Source: a candidate division TM6 bacterium UASB124 (GTDB lineage: Bacteria > Babelota > Babeliae > Babelales > RVW-14). Taken from it: DNA of 64,000 nt. Under the pieces are notes generated by a model. It saw only the letters and a program-made list of their open reading frames with translations. It did not search any database and was not told the origin of the DNA. The stretch covers positions 106,366 through 170,365 of the forward strand of contig CAMDFF010000001.1 in NCBI GenBank assembly GCA_945897315.1. The letters are read 5' to 3'. The stretch's first letter is position 1. Every line of letters starts with the position of its first letter. The position numbers and the translations under genes were made by a program. Positions 1 to 9,297 of the stretch are shown in pieces.

Positions 1-340
1 TATTAGTTGGGGTCTTTTTGCTAGTCATAACGTGTATGTTTTTTATATATTAACTACGATTATTAGCTGTACCATTGGGGGTCTTGTCTGGTATACACTG
101 CGGCGTGCATTGCGCTTTAGGCCGATTATTTTTGAAACATTGGCTATTGCTGGGGCGCTATCAAATCTTGTTGATCGGCTGTTTTACGGGGCTGTAATTG
201 ATTTTATTGAGTTGTACGCAGGGTCGTTGTTTTTCCCTGTTTTTAATCTTGCTGATGTAGCAATTTTTATTGGGGCTGTCGGTATGATATGTAACTCGTT
301 CCAAAAAGAGCCTCATGGTTGTTATAAAGACCGTGATTAA
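1..340 (+). CDS. lspA: Lipoprotein signal peptidase II, C-terminal part (5' end lies outside the window)
   Basis: Frame 2 is open from nt 2. The translated end, NLVDRLFYGAVIDFIE...FPVFNLADVAIFIGA, carries the conserved LspA Asp motifs (NxxDR, FNxAD). Confidence 0.8.
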   Translation, partial: ISWGLFASHNVYVFYILTTIISCTIGGLVWYTLRRALRFRPIIFETLAIAGALSNLVDRLFYGAVIDFIELYAGSLFFPVFNLADVAIFIGAVGMICNSFQKEPHGCYKDRD

Positions 341-998
341 GCGATTATTTTCCCTAGTCACTAATATTGTATTTCCTCATCAGTGTCGTGAGTGTGCGTG
401 TATTATTGATGCTGAGAGTGTGTTTTGTCCTCCGTGTCTTGCGCGTATTTGTCCGATTGTTTCAGTATTTTTACCGCTTACCACAAAAAAAATACTACGG
501 GTTATTGCGCTTGCTTCATATACAGAGCCTATTCGTCAACTCGTACTCAAGAAGTTTAATGGAGATCGTCTTGCCAGCAAGCAACTTGCGCGGTTGATGC
601 TACAAATGAGTCCTCTTGCAGGTCTTCCGGTTGATATTGTTGTGCCGGTACCGTTGCATTGGACGCGTTATGCCTGGCGTGGTTTTAACCAGGCCGTAGA
701 AATGGGGCGAGTGATTGCTCATGCTAAAAATGCACGCTTGAGTTGTTGCATTATGAGACACAAAAAAACTACGTACCAGTCGCGCCTTTCGGCAGAAAAA
801 CGGCGTAATAATGTACGCAATATTTTTTCTCTAAACCCATGGTATCGTTTCATTGGTATGGAGCAATTGCGCGGAAAACATGTGATAATTGTTGATGATT
901 TGTGCACAACCGGTGCTACATTAACACAGGTAGCAAAAATGTTGTTGCCCTACGAGCCTGCATCATTAACGGCTGTTGTTGCGGCGAGAACGCTGTAG
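315..998 (+). CDS. comF: ComF-family protein (phosphoribosyltransferase domain)
   Basis: N-terminal paired CxxC (CRECA...CPPC) and a C-terminal PRTase motif HVIIVDDLCTTGATL. Overlaps the lspA end. Confidence 0.75.
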   Translation: MVVIKTVIKRLFSLVTNIVFPHQCRECACIIDAESVFCPPCLARICPIVSVFLPLTTKKILRVIALASYTEPIRQLVLKKFNGDRLASKQLARLMLQMSPLAGLPVDIVVPVPLHWTRYAWRGFNQAVEMGRVIAHAKNARLSCCIMRHKKTTYQSRLSAEKRRNNVRNIFSLNPWYRFIGMEQLRGKHVIIVDDLCTTGATLTQVAKMLLPYEPASLTAVVAARTL

Positions 999-1541
999 TT
1001 GCAGAGTTATTTCGGTCTTAATGCCTTTGTCGCATGTAATAGTGCCTGTTTGCAGATTGATAGTTGCTTGTGGTGCTATGGTACGTGCTTTTTCGCTCCT
1101 CAATTCAAATATCCCCGGAATCTCTAGAATGTTCGAAGAAAATGTATAGAGGCATGATGTTGTTATAAGTGTCATGCCATGCATACTGCCAGTAATGCTG
1201 TGCGAGCAAGTAATCATTTTATGTATACGATTAATATGGGCTTGTGCAATACAGAGCGTTGCCGTTGTGTGGTGGTCTTTGTTTATGAGGTAGGCTGTGG
1301 CCTGATTGCACAGTATATTTTGCTGCTGCTGAGGAATCGTAAAATTTTTTGCATGCAAGACAAAAACACACCCACTTTTTTCATCGTATTCGCGAATAGA
1401 AAGTTCCTCAGCTTGAGCGATTGGCGCTTGGTGATCAATAATTATTTCGGTTGCATGGTATTGGTATTGAAAAAAAAGCATCAAACCGCCTAATAGGCAG
1501 CTGAGCAAAGAAATAGAAATAATTAATTGTAAGTAGCGCAT
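966..1541 (-). CDS. Membrane-anchored periplasmic protein, possibly LptC-like
   Basis: Single N-terminal TM helix (LIISISLLSCLLGGLMLFF) followed by ~160 aa. It is 191 aa long and lies directly downstream of kdsC, as in the proteobacterial kdsC-lptC arrangement. Direct sequence similarity is weak. Confidence 0.35.
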   Translation of the reverse strand: MRYLQLIISISLLSCLLGGLMLFFQYQYHATEIIIDHQAPIAQAEELSIREYDEKSGCVFVLHAKNFTIPQQQQNILCNQATAYLINKDHHTTATLCIAQAHINRIHKMITCSHSITGSMHGMTLITTSCLYTFSSNILEIPGIFELRSEKARTIAPQATINLQTGTITCDKGIKTEITLQLQRSRRNNSR

Positions 1542-1547
1542 AGATTT

Positions 1548-2141
1548 CTAGAGAGCCAAGGATTGTGTAATTAAATCCTGGTCAAAATGCTTGCCATGAA
1601 TATAAAGAATGAGATCGAGCAGTAAGCGTGCAGCTTGGTTGCCACCAGCTCGTGGCAATACAATATCAGCATATGCTTGATAGTAAAAGGGAGCATCGGC
1701 AGGGCAAGCAAAGAGGCTAGCCATACCAGTTTTTTTGACTATGGCGTCGAGGTGGTCATCGCCAACCATGAGCGTTTGTGCGGGGGTAAAACTATGGTCG
1801 GTTTGTAGTTTATGAATAGCTTCTGGCTTAGTGAGTATGCCTACGCTACAGAGATTTTCAGGAACGCCTAGGGCCGCGCCACGATGCATAGTAGATTTGT
1901 TATTTTTGCCACTCATGAGAGCAAGTGTTAGTCCTGCTTTGGTGGCAGGCCGAAAAATAAAACCATCTTGTACTGAAAAAATCCGACCGCCTTCGCCTTG
2001 GTCGTCAATGTAAATGCCAGCATTAGTCAGTGTGCCGTCGACATCAAAAACAACGAGCTTGATTGCCTTGAGTGCTTCTATGAGCGGTTGATTTGCTAGT
2101 GTATTTTTGAACCAAAGAGCGTCTGTTTGGCAGGTATTCAT
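1548..2141 (-). CDS. kdsC: 3-deoxy-D-manno-octulosonate 8-phosphate phosphatase (HAD, KdsC type)
   Basis: Motifs KLVVFDVDGTLT, SGKNNKS, MVGDDHLDAIV and RAGGNQAARLLLDLIL parallel E. coli KdsC. The ATG at 2141 gives a KdsC-like N-terminal length; the ORF track extends to 2195. Confidence 0.7.
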   Translation of the reverse strand: MNTCQTDALWFKNTLANQPLIEALKAIKLVVFDVDGTLTNAGIYIDDQGEGGRIFSVQDGFIFRPATKAGLTLALMSGKNNKSTMHRGAALGVPENLCSVGILTKPEAIHKLQTDHSFTPAQTLMVGDDHLDAIVKKTGMASLFACPADAPFYYQAYADIVLPRAGGNQAARLLLDLILYIHGKHFDQDLITQSLAL

Positions 2142-2257
2142 AAAAAAGCTTTCTTTTATATTCTTGAAAAGCGCGTTCAATCGATAGTCTAGCAATGCTG
2201 TTTTTGTATATGTCCCATACTAAAGTGAATATAGCGTCTGCGGTGAGCGAAGGGGAG

Positions 2258-2935
2258 TTAAATCTTTTTGAGGGCTTCTTCTGCTTCGTGATAATTGCTA
2301 ATAGATTCATGAACGTGTTCTAAAAAACTATGATTGAACTCATTTTTAATTGCAATGCATTTCATGCCAGCAGCACGCGCTGCGAGGAAGCCAGGCATTG
2401 AATCTTCAAAAACCAAGCACTCTTCTGGTTTGACGCCAAGTTTTTCTGCCGCGTGCAAAAAGAGAGCAGGGTCTGGTTTGGGACGATAATTTACATCTGC
2501 CTGGGAGTATAAATTTATACCAAAAAAACGTTCAAAATTAAGTTGCTTTGATAGTGAAAGTAAGTTGTCTGGCATTGCGTTTGTTGCAATGCTAGTGGGG
2601 ATATTGAACTGTTGTAGGCGTGCATGAAACAGTTCAAAGCCTTCAATAAACTCTACGTGATTGGCTAACACTGCATTAGCAATGACGGTCTTATGCATAA
2701 CAATTGTTTCAATGTTGTCATCTAAGTTGAAGTGTAACTTCAGTTGTGATGCAACGCTGATCATTGCTACGCCCGAAAAAGATTTCAATAATGCTTCTTG
2801 CTCTTCTGTCAGTGTTGTAATGCCATAATGAGCCAGCAGGTCAAGTGTAATTTTTTGCCATGCCGATTCAGTTTTGATAATAGTGCCATCCATGTCAAAA
2901 ATGATGGCTTTAATTTTATTTTTTACTTGTTCCAT
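2258..2935 (-). CDS. HAD-IA family hydrolase (beta-phosphoglucomutase/phosphatase-like)
   Basis: Motifs IIFDMDGTII, SIATN and VFEDSMPGFLAARAAGM. The ATG at 2935 is preceded by GGAG; the ORF track extends to 2986. Confidence 0.75.
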   Translation of the reverse strand: MEQVKNKIKAIIFDMDGTIIKTESAWQKITLDLLAHYGITTLTEEQEALLKSFSGVAMISVASQLKLHFNLDDNIETIVMHKTVIANAVLANHVEFIEGFELFHARLQQFNIPTSIATNAMPDNLLSLSKQLNFERFFGINLYSQADVNYRPKPDPALFLHAAEKLGVKPEECLVFEDSMPGFLAARAAGMKCIAIKNEFNHSFLEHVHESISNYHEAEEALKKI

Positions 2936-3121
2936 GGTGCATTCTCCTTTCAAAATACCCGCCCAGATGCATTCAATAAGATGCACTTAATCACATAATT
3001 ATATATTTTACTGAAAATATCACTTTTTTAGTAATGTGTCAAATAGTCAATAATAGTTGGTTTTATTTGAGTAAATGCTTGAAAGGGGCAGGGTTTTTAG
3101 CTTTTTGGGTTTTTTGTGTAC

Positions 3122-4075
3122 TTAGAAGGAAGCATCATCTAGTAGTGGGTTGTATCGTTCCTTGTTGCGAATAAAGTTGTCAGCTGTCTTGATATCTTTT
3201 GTATCATAGATCTTAAATTCATTCATTATTGTAGCGCAATTATAAATATGCAAAATATCTGGAATAAATTGTGCGCGTTTTCCAGCCATTTCTAACATTG
3301 GAAACATAAGCCCTAAGTCAGGAGCTCGCTTAAAAAAGGCATCTTGATAAAACAAATCTTCTTTTTTTATACGCTGAAAAAGGCCAGCTTTAAATGTTCG
3401 CAGGTGGCTTGTTACCCATTTGTAACTACGAATGCTGTTATTTTCAATTACAGAGTTTGGTATTTCACTACAAAAAGATTTTTTGTGAGGATGGGGATAT
3501 TTTTGGAAGGATCCATAGGTCATTAAAGCATTGTATTGACTGTAAACTTTATTGAGGAGTGAAAAGACCGAAGGCTTTGCGAGCCAGTCATCTGCGTCAA
3601 TCGAAACAATTATAGTGTTTGGATCTAAGGGCGTTATTGCTTTGTACCAATTTGCGCAGGTGTCTTGGTTTGTATTGTTGCTAATGACGATTGTGCGATT
3701 TTCCTGTTTTTGTTCTTTTACATATTGAGCAACAAGCGCGCCCGTGTTATCAGTAGAAGCATCATCAACATATACTACACAATAGTTCTTATAATCTTGT
3801 CCATATATTGATGCTAGGTTTTTTTTGTACCATAGGGCTGTGTTATATCCTGTTAAGACAACGGTTATGTGTAGCTCTTTGCCGGGCTTAAAGTCGCTTA
3901 ACTTTGTTTCTAACAATTTTGATTTAGATACAAACTCTTTTATCGGGTCACTGAAGGGAACGATAGGATCAGAAAAATGGCAGAAATCTTCTAGTGGTTT
4001 TGTTTGATTTTCAATGTTGCTTGTCAGTCCATTACGCAAGATTGTTGAGAGTAATAGAAAAAGAATTATTTTCAT
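3122..4075 (-). CDS. Family 2 glycosyltransferase with N-terminal signal/anchor
   Basis: GT-A signature: VVLTGYN...VVYVDDASTDNT...SIDADDW (DxD). Confidence 0.7.
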   Translation of the reverse strand: MKIILFLLLSTILRNGLTSNIENQTKPLEDFCHFSDPIVPFSDPIKEFVSKSKLLETKLSDFKPGKELHITVVLTGYNTALWYKKNLASIYGQDYKNYCVVYVDDASTDNTGALVAQYVKEQKQENRTIVISNNTNQDTCANWYKAITPLDPNTIIVSIDADDWLAKPSVFSLLNKVYSQYNALMTYGSFQKYPHPHKKSFCSEIPNSVIENNSIRSYKWVTSHLRTFKAGLFQRIKKEDLFYQDAFFKRAPDLGLMFPMLEMAGKRAQFIPDILHIYNCATIMNEFKIYDTKDIKTADNFIRNKERYNPLLDDASF

Positions 4076-4242
4076 ATTTTTGCTCTAGGTTTAAAGTATT
4101 GCAATGAAGCGATGTCGGCTCATAAGACTATTCATTTTAGTTATGCAGTATTATAGAAAAGCACAATTGATTGCAACTTATGCAAAATTCGATAGGCTGT
4201 TGTCTGTGCGTTTTGATCGCATATAGAAAAAAAGGATCGTAC

Positions 4243-4929
4243 ATGCAACATCTTGCCATAATTCCCGATGGTAATCGACGCTGGGCAATGCGCAATAAGC
4301 TTGCTGCTATTTTTGGCCACCAGCGAGGAGCCGATGGTTTTAGAATGACGCTCAAATTTTGTTTAAAAAATAGCATTTCGTTTGTCTCTTTTTACACTTT
4401 TTCATTAGAAAATTTTCGTAGAAGTGAGAGCGAGAGTACCAATCTATTCATGATGTTGAAGCAATTAATATTAAAAGATCTTCCAGATCTTTTGCATAAT
4501 AATATTCGCATTAAATTTGTAGGCGACAGGTCAGTGTTTCCTGTTATTTTAAAGGCAGATATCGAACATATTGAGCAAGCAACGAGCGCCGGTACATCAT
4601 TAACCGTTAATTTACTTTTTTGTTATGGTGGGACGGCAGAAATTGCCTATGCAGCAAAACATATTGCACAGCTTGTTAAAGATGGCGTTCTTGCTGTCAA
4701 TGACATTACTGAGCAGACCGTGGCTGACGCTCTATGGACTCATGGGACCCCTGCTCCTGACGTTATTGTGCGTACGAGTGGGATCAAACGCTTGAGCAAC
4801 TTTTTGCTTTTTCAGGCAGCATATAGTGAGTTTATGTTTCTTGATAAATTCTGGCCTGATATTACAGAAGCAGACTTAGCTGCGTGTTTAGAAAACTTTA
4901 ACACTATCAAACGTAATTTTGGCACATGA
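4243..4929 (+). CDS. uppS: Undecaprenyl-diphosphate synthase (cis-isoprenyl transferase)
   Basis: Motifs HLAIIPDGNRRWA, FYTFSLENFRR and RTSGIKRLSNFLLFQAAYSEF. The ATG at 4243 follows AAGGA. Confidence 0.88.
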   Translation: MQHLAIIPDGNRRWAMRNKLAAIFGHQRGADGFRMTLKFCLKNSISFVSFYTFSLENFRRSESESTNLFMMLKQLILKDLPDLLHNNIRIKFVGDRSVFPVILKADIEHIEQATSAGTSLTVNLLFCYGGTAEIAYAAKHIAQLVKDGVLAVNDITEQTVADALWTHGTPAPDVIVRTSGIKRLSNFLLFQAAYSEFMFLDKFWPDITEADLAACLENFNTIKRNFGT

Positions 4930-5900
4930 GTAAGCGTATAACAATTTTTGGCGCAGGTGCATGGGGAACGGCTGTTGCTCAGCTGCTGGCTAGCAATGGA
5001 CATCAGGTGACCTTGTGGACGAGAGAGCTTGCTACAGCAGTAGAAATTAATACATTGCATACCAATAAAAAATATGTGCCTACTGCATTACTGCACACGC
5101 AGATTACGGCAACAACAGATATTGAGCAGGCGCTTGATTCGCCTGATTGGCTAGTTGAAGCGCTTCCTGTAGCGCATTTACGTGCGATTCTTACTGCTAT
5201 TTTTCAGCATTCTGTTGGTCAAGATATTCCATGGCTCATGCTGAGCAAAGGGATTGAGCAGAAAACTAATTTATTACCAAGCGCTCTACTTGACGATGTA
5301 TGTGGTTTTTCTGTCCCTAAGGTTATTGTAGCGGGTCCTACCTTTGCAAAAGAGCTTATAGTTGGTGCTTTTACTGCGACGATGCTTGCAAGTGATAGCG
5401 CACTATTATTACAAGAAGCGCAGTTGCTGCTTCAGTCGGCATACTTTAAGACCTATCTGACGAGCGATGTGATTGGTGTACAGGTAGGTGGTGCAGTAAA
5501 AAATGTTATTGCATTGGCGGCTGGGTTTGCACATGGGATTGGAGGTGGCGAAAATATGCATGCATATTTACTGACGCAGGGATTTGCAGAGCTCGCTCAA
5601 GTGATCGAGATATATGGTGGGCGGTCAGCAACCAGTACAAGCTTGGCTGGTCTGGGCGACCTTGTACTTACAGCATCAAGCAGCATCAGTAAGAACTTTC
5701 GTGCTGGGGTGTTATTGAGCAAGGGAGCGACACTGGAAACTCTCCAGCAGGAGATTGCTTGTTTACCTGAGGGTATTAATACGGTTCAGTCATTACATGC
5801 TCTGAGTATCCAGCGCGGCGTTACATTGCCGCTTTGTTCGCTTGTGTACGACTGTATTTTTAATGGTGCTTCGTTTAATGTCAAACTACACAATTTGTAG
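4926..5900 (+). CDS. gpsA: NAD(P)H-dependent glycerol-3-phosphate dehydrogenase
   Basis: Rossmann motif ITIFGAGAWGTAVA, plus GPTFAKE, GGAVKNVIALAAG and GLGDLVLT. ATGA overlap with uppS. Confidence 0.88.
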   Translation: MSKRITIFGAGAWGTAVAQLLASNGHQVTLWTRELATAVEINTLHTNKKYVPTALLHTQITATTDIEQALDSPDWLVEALPVAHLRAILTAIFQHSVGQDIPWLMLSKGIEQKTNLLPSALLDDVCGFSVPKVIVAGPTFAKELIVGAFTATMLASDSALLLQEAQLLLQSAYFKTYLTSDVIGVQVGGAVKNVIALAAGFAHGIGGGENMHAYLLTQGFAELAQVIEIYGGRSATSTSLAGLGDLVLTASSSISKNFRAGVLLSKGATLETLQQEIACLPEGINTVQSLHALSIQRGVTLPLCSLVYDCIFNGASFNVKLHNL

Positions 5901-5949
5901 TTTTCTCTTGGTCGGTACGATGGATGCTGACTTATAAACTGATCAAAGT

Positions 5950-6699
5950 CTATAACTTGAGTGAGCGCATGGCTCCAACTATAAGCTGTACAGCGTCTTG
6001 TGTCCGCAAAATACTTTTTCCGAGCGCTACCTGCTCTATGCCGCTATGAGCAACTTTTTGCTCTTCATCATCATCAAGGCCTCCTTCAGGGCCAACAAAA
6101 AGTGTAAGCTCCTGCGGTAAGATTCTAGAGATTTTTTGCATCATGATAAGTAGCGGCTCTCCATTAGGTGAGCACAAAAAAGTATTGGGCATGCTTGGCA
6201 AGAGGATGTTATCAAGGTGAGATGGCTGTCGAAGCATAGGAAGTACAAATTGCTTTCCTTGTTCGCATGCTGCAATCATAATTTTTTTGAGACGGACGCT
6301 ATCTTTTTCTGTCAGCCAGTTGCGATGTATGCGCTCAGTGAGTATCGGTGTGATTGTTGTAACGCCCATCTGTGCGCATGAATAGACAAGATCCTCAAAG
6401 GCTTCTCTCTTTGTTAGTCCAACAATCAGATGGACAGCTGGTGTCAGCGAGGCTTGGTGATGAACGGTGCCCACTACTCCTGTAATCATATTTTTCTTAT
6501 TGGAAAAAGTACTATGATCAAGAACTAAAAGTGTGTTCACAATATGATTAAACAAGATTATTTTGTCACCGCTTACAAGGCGTAAAACTTGTGTGATTCT
6601 TTGCCAAACATCAGAATCAGAAAAAGATATGTTCATGTTGTTTGTTATGTGCTCTGGTAGCCCTGTTGAAAAGAGCGCAAAAATATGTGATGAGCTCAT
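5950..6699 (-). CDS. rsmE: 16S rRNA (uracil1498-N3)-methyltransferase RsmE-like
   Basis: Length of ~250 aa, C-terminal FVGPEGGL...LGKSILRTQDA typical of the RsmE SPOUT fold. Confidence 0.72.
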   Translation of the reverse strand: MSSSHIFALFSTGLPEHITNNMNISFSDSDVWQRITQVLRLVSGDKIILFNHIVNTLLVLDHSTFSNKKNMITGVVGTVHHQASLTPAVHLIVGLTKREAFEDLVYSCAQMGVTTITPILTERIHRNWLTEKDSVRLKKIMIAACEQGKQFVLPMLRQPSHLDNILLPSMPNTFLCSPNGEPLLIMMQKISRILPQELTLFVGPEGGLDDDEEQKVAHSGIEQVALGKSILRTQDAVQLIVGAMRSLKL

Positions 6700-7091
6700 G
6701 ATTCAGTTGCTGGCCGATTTTTATAACGATAAACAACATAGACAATTGCTACACCAATAGCTGTCCCGATATACTTTCCTTTGTGCTCTTGCCAGTGAGC
6801 GCCAGCAAGATCTTTAAAAACAGCAAAAGCGACTTTTGCCTTCATGCTAAGTGAATCATCAATAGGAATAGCAAGATCTTCAAGGAGAAACATCTCTGCA
6901 TCAAGAGCAGCAATATCTTCTTCTGTAAGTTCATCAGCAATCCCCATCATTAAATCTTCTCCTGTCATAACAGGTATGTTGATAGTCATTTCGCTAGCGG
7001 CCTCTGATGTTCCTGCTGGTAGAGCGGCAGCATACAGAGGGGTTGATAAATAGTTTGCAACAATGAAGACGGCAATCAGCCTACACAGCAT
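6696..7091 (-). CDS. Hypothetical exported acidic protein with C-terminal TM anchor
   Basis: Signal-like N-terminus, an acidic middle (EEDIAALDAEMFLLEDL) and a C-terminal helix GTAIGVAIVYVVY. 4-nt overlap with rsmE. Confidence 0.5.
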   Translation of the reverse strand: MLCRLIAVFIVANYLSTPLYAAALPAGTSEAASEMTINIPVMTGEDLMMGIADELTEEDIAALDAEMFLLEDLAIPIDDSLSMKAKVAFAVFKDLAGAHWQEHKGKYIGTAIGVAIVYVVYRYKNRPATES

Positions 7092-7109
7092 AATAATCCC
7101 TTTTAATTA

Positions 7110-7142
7110 ACAGTTTGTTTGCATTTCAAACTGTCTTTTTTT
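7110..7142 (+). terminator. Intrinsic-terminator-like hairpin between divergent genes
   Basis: ACAGTTTG-9 nt-CAAACTGT followed by C+T7 on the plus strand. No plus-strand gene lies upstream. Confidence 0.3.
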
Positions 7143-7212
7143 AGTATGTCTTAGTAAAGTATAACTTTACTGGGGGTGATTGTAAAACAAAGTTCAGCAA
7201 GTGGGGAATTCT

Positions 7213-8742
7213 ATGAATAAACCAACTGTGCTTATTATTTTAGATGGTTTTGGGCATGCAGAGGCATCGAGTGGAAATGCCGTTGCTCTTGCAAATATGC
7301 CATTTTGGCGGCAGCTATGTACGCAGTATCCAACGGCACTGCTGAATGCATCTGGTGATGCGGTTGGGCTGTTGCCTGGCAGTGTTGGCAACTCTGAAGC
7401 TGGCCATATGACGCTTGGTGCTGGCAGGGTTGTGCCATCTGCATTGTTGCATTTTGACCAGCTGCTTGAACAGGGTCTTATTGCTACAAGCCCTGTGTTG
7501 CATGATTGCCTGGCAAAACTAAAACCTGGTACGCGTATTCATCTGCTTGGGCTAGTCTCTAATGGGGGTGTCCATAGCGATGAGAGACACTTGCATGCTT
7601 TACTAAAAATAATTATAGCTTACACAACAGCGGATATTTTTATACATCCGATACTTGATGGTCGAGATGTGCTTCCGTCTTCAGCCGAGGAGTACCTTGT
7701 CCGGTTAGAGCTTGTTTGTAAAACGCTTGGTCGTGGCTCTATCGCATCCATTCAAGGGCGCTTTTATGGGATGGACAGGGATCACAATGAAGAGCGTACA
7801 TCTGTTGCGGTACGAATGCTTTTAGGTCAGGTGCCAGTGATTGCGTCTACGTGGCGAGATGTGCTTGAGAAATCATATAAGCATGAGGTGACTGATGAAT
7901 TTATTGTGCCTATGCTGTTCAGTCAGGAAGCTAGTATGAAAGCGGGGGATGGGGTTATATTTTTTAATACTAGGCCTGATCGTGCGCGCCAAATTACTGA
8001 TGCTTTGCTTTCGGTAGAAAAAACAGGTGTCCCGCTAGCATTTTTCTTGACTCCAGTTTACTACGACCCTGCGTTTGCACATCGTAATAACCAGGCACTT
8101 TTTGAGCAGCCAGTGCTGAATGATACCCTGTTGCATGTTCTTGCACAGCAAAAAAAAAAGGTTTTTGTTATAGCAGAAACAGAAAAATATGCTCATGTAA
8201 CGTATTTTTTTCAAGGGCTTCACGAAGAGGCTTTGTCAGGGCAAGAGCGTGTCCTTATTCCATCGCTTAAGCTGAAAAATTATGTTGCCCATCCAGAGAT
8301 GGCGGCTCATCAAATAACATCAACCTTGATCAAATCTTTACGCTCTCATCCTGCATTTTTTTATGTGGTTAATTTTGCTAACGCTGATATGGTTGGGCAT
8401 TCTGGAAATGTTCAAGCAACGAGTAAGGCGTGTGAAATTATTGACCAACAACTAGCGCTTTTGTACCACGAGGTAGTGGTATTAGCCGGTGGAGTTTTAT
8501 GTGTAACTGCAGATCATGGGAATGCTGAGTGCAAGAAAAACTCGGAAGGGCATATGATTACTGCTCATACAAAAAATCCGGTACCATTTGTTCTGGCTGG
8601 AAAGCACTTTAAATTGAAACATATGCAATCAGCGCCGTTTGGAAAGTTATCGGAATGGGGATTGGCAAGTGTTGCCCCAACACTTTTGTGGGCAATGAGA
8701 CAAGAGATTCCAGAGGGAATGGGGGAAAAAATAAAACTGTAA
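7213..8742 (+). CDS. gpmI: 2,3-bisphosphoglycerate-independent phosphoglycerate mutase
   Basis: Motifs LIILDGFGH, SEAGHMTLGAGR, DGRD, ADMVGH and TADHGNAE, with a length of ~509 aa. Confidence 0.92.
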   Translation: MNKPTVLIILDGFGHAEASSGNAVALANMPFWRQLCTQYPTALLNASGDAVGLLPGSVGNSEAGHMTLGAGRVVPSALLHFDQLLEQGLIATSPVLHDCLAKLKPGTRIHLLGLVSNGGVHSDERHLHALLKIIIAYTTADIFIHPILDGRDVLPSSAEEYLVRLELVCKTLGRGSIASIQGRFYGMDRDHNEERTSVAVRMLLGQVPVIASTWRDVLEKSYKHEVTDEFIVPMLFSQEASMKAGDGVIFFNTRPDRARQITDALLSVEKTGVPLAFFLTPVYYDPAFAHRNNQALFEQPVLNDTLLHVLAQQKKKVFVIAETEKYAHVTYFFQGLHEEALSGQERVLIPSLKLKNYVAHPEMAAHQITSTLIKSLRSHPAFFYVVNFANADMVGHSGNVQATSKACEIIDQQLALLYHEVVVLAGGVLCVTADHGNAECKKNSEGHMITAHTKNPVPFVLAGKHFKLKHMQSAPFGKLSEWGLASVAPTLLWAMRQEIPEGMGEKIKL

Positions 8743-8769
8743 CAATCTAATAAAACAAGGAGAGTCTTT

Positions 8770-9297
8770 GTGGGAAAGATATCGCTACATGATCGGATAT
8801 GGGGCTGTTTTGCTCACGTTCCCATTATTACTATTATTTGGATTTCATACCTGGTTTACCATGTGTGGCCACACGTCTCAATCCAAACCTTGCTACTTAG
8901 TGCTAAAAGCTTTGAAACATCATCTGTACCAATCTTGCCGCTGATTTTTACATGTTGTAGCATTCCAATTTTAATGACGATTCGCTATTTGCAGAGTAGA
9001 TCATCATTTGTTAAAAAAAATGCTGCAGAATCGTATGCATTCAACTGGTGGCTTTTAAAGTTATATTTTGTGCTGTTTGCTGTTGTCTTGGTTGGCTTCT
9101 GTGTTCCTTCAGACATGGTCATGAATATTGCTGGCAGCATTGGTGTTTTTTTATCAATGTTATGCCTTTTTCAATCACTAGCTGGTGTCTATATGGCTCT
9201 ACGTGGCGACGTGTATAAGTACTGGTTTCCCTTACCCGCGCTTTACGCCTGTTATGTATTGTTGCGCAATTGCTGCAATGCATCCCGTAAGAAATAG
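8770..9297 (+). CDS. Hypothetical polytopic membrane protein
   Basis: Four or five hydrophobic helices. GTG start preceded by AAGGAGAG. Its 3' end overlaps the convergent permease by 66 nt. Confidence 0.5.
   Translation: MGKISLHDRIWGCFAHVPIITIIWISYLVYHVWPHVSIQTLLLSAKSFETSSVPILPLIFTCCSIPILMTIRYLQSRSSFVKKNAAESYAFNWWLLKLYFVLFAVVLVGFCVPSDMVMNIAGSIGVFLSMLCLFQSLAGVYMALRGDVYKYWFPLPALYACYVLLRNCCNASRKK

Noticed and set aside
2044-2310. 88-aa minus-strand ORF bridging kdsC and the HAD hydrolase.
   Set aside because: It overlaps both better-supported genes in a different frame and has a basic, low-information sequence. It is likely spurious.
9232-9297. 66-nt convergent overlap between 8770-9297 (+) and the permease 9232-10518 (-). 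A 33-nt convergent overlap also occurs between comF and the LptC-like gene (966-998).
   Set aside because: Convergent 3' overlaps of this size occur in compact genomes. There is no independent sign of a regulatory role, so they are noted but not pursued.
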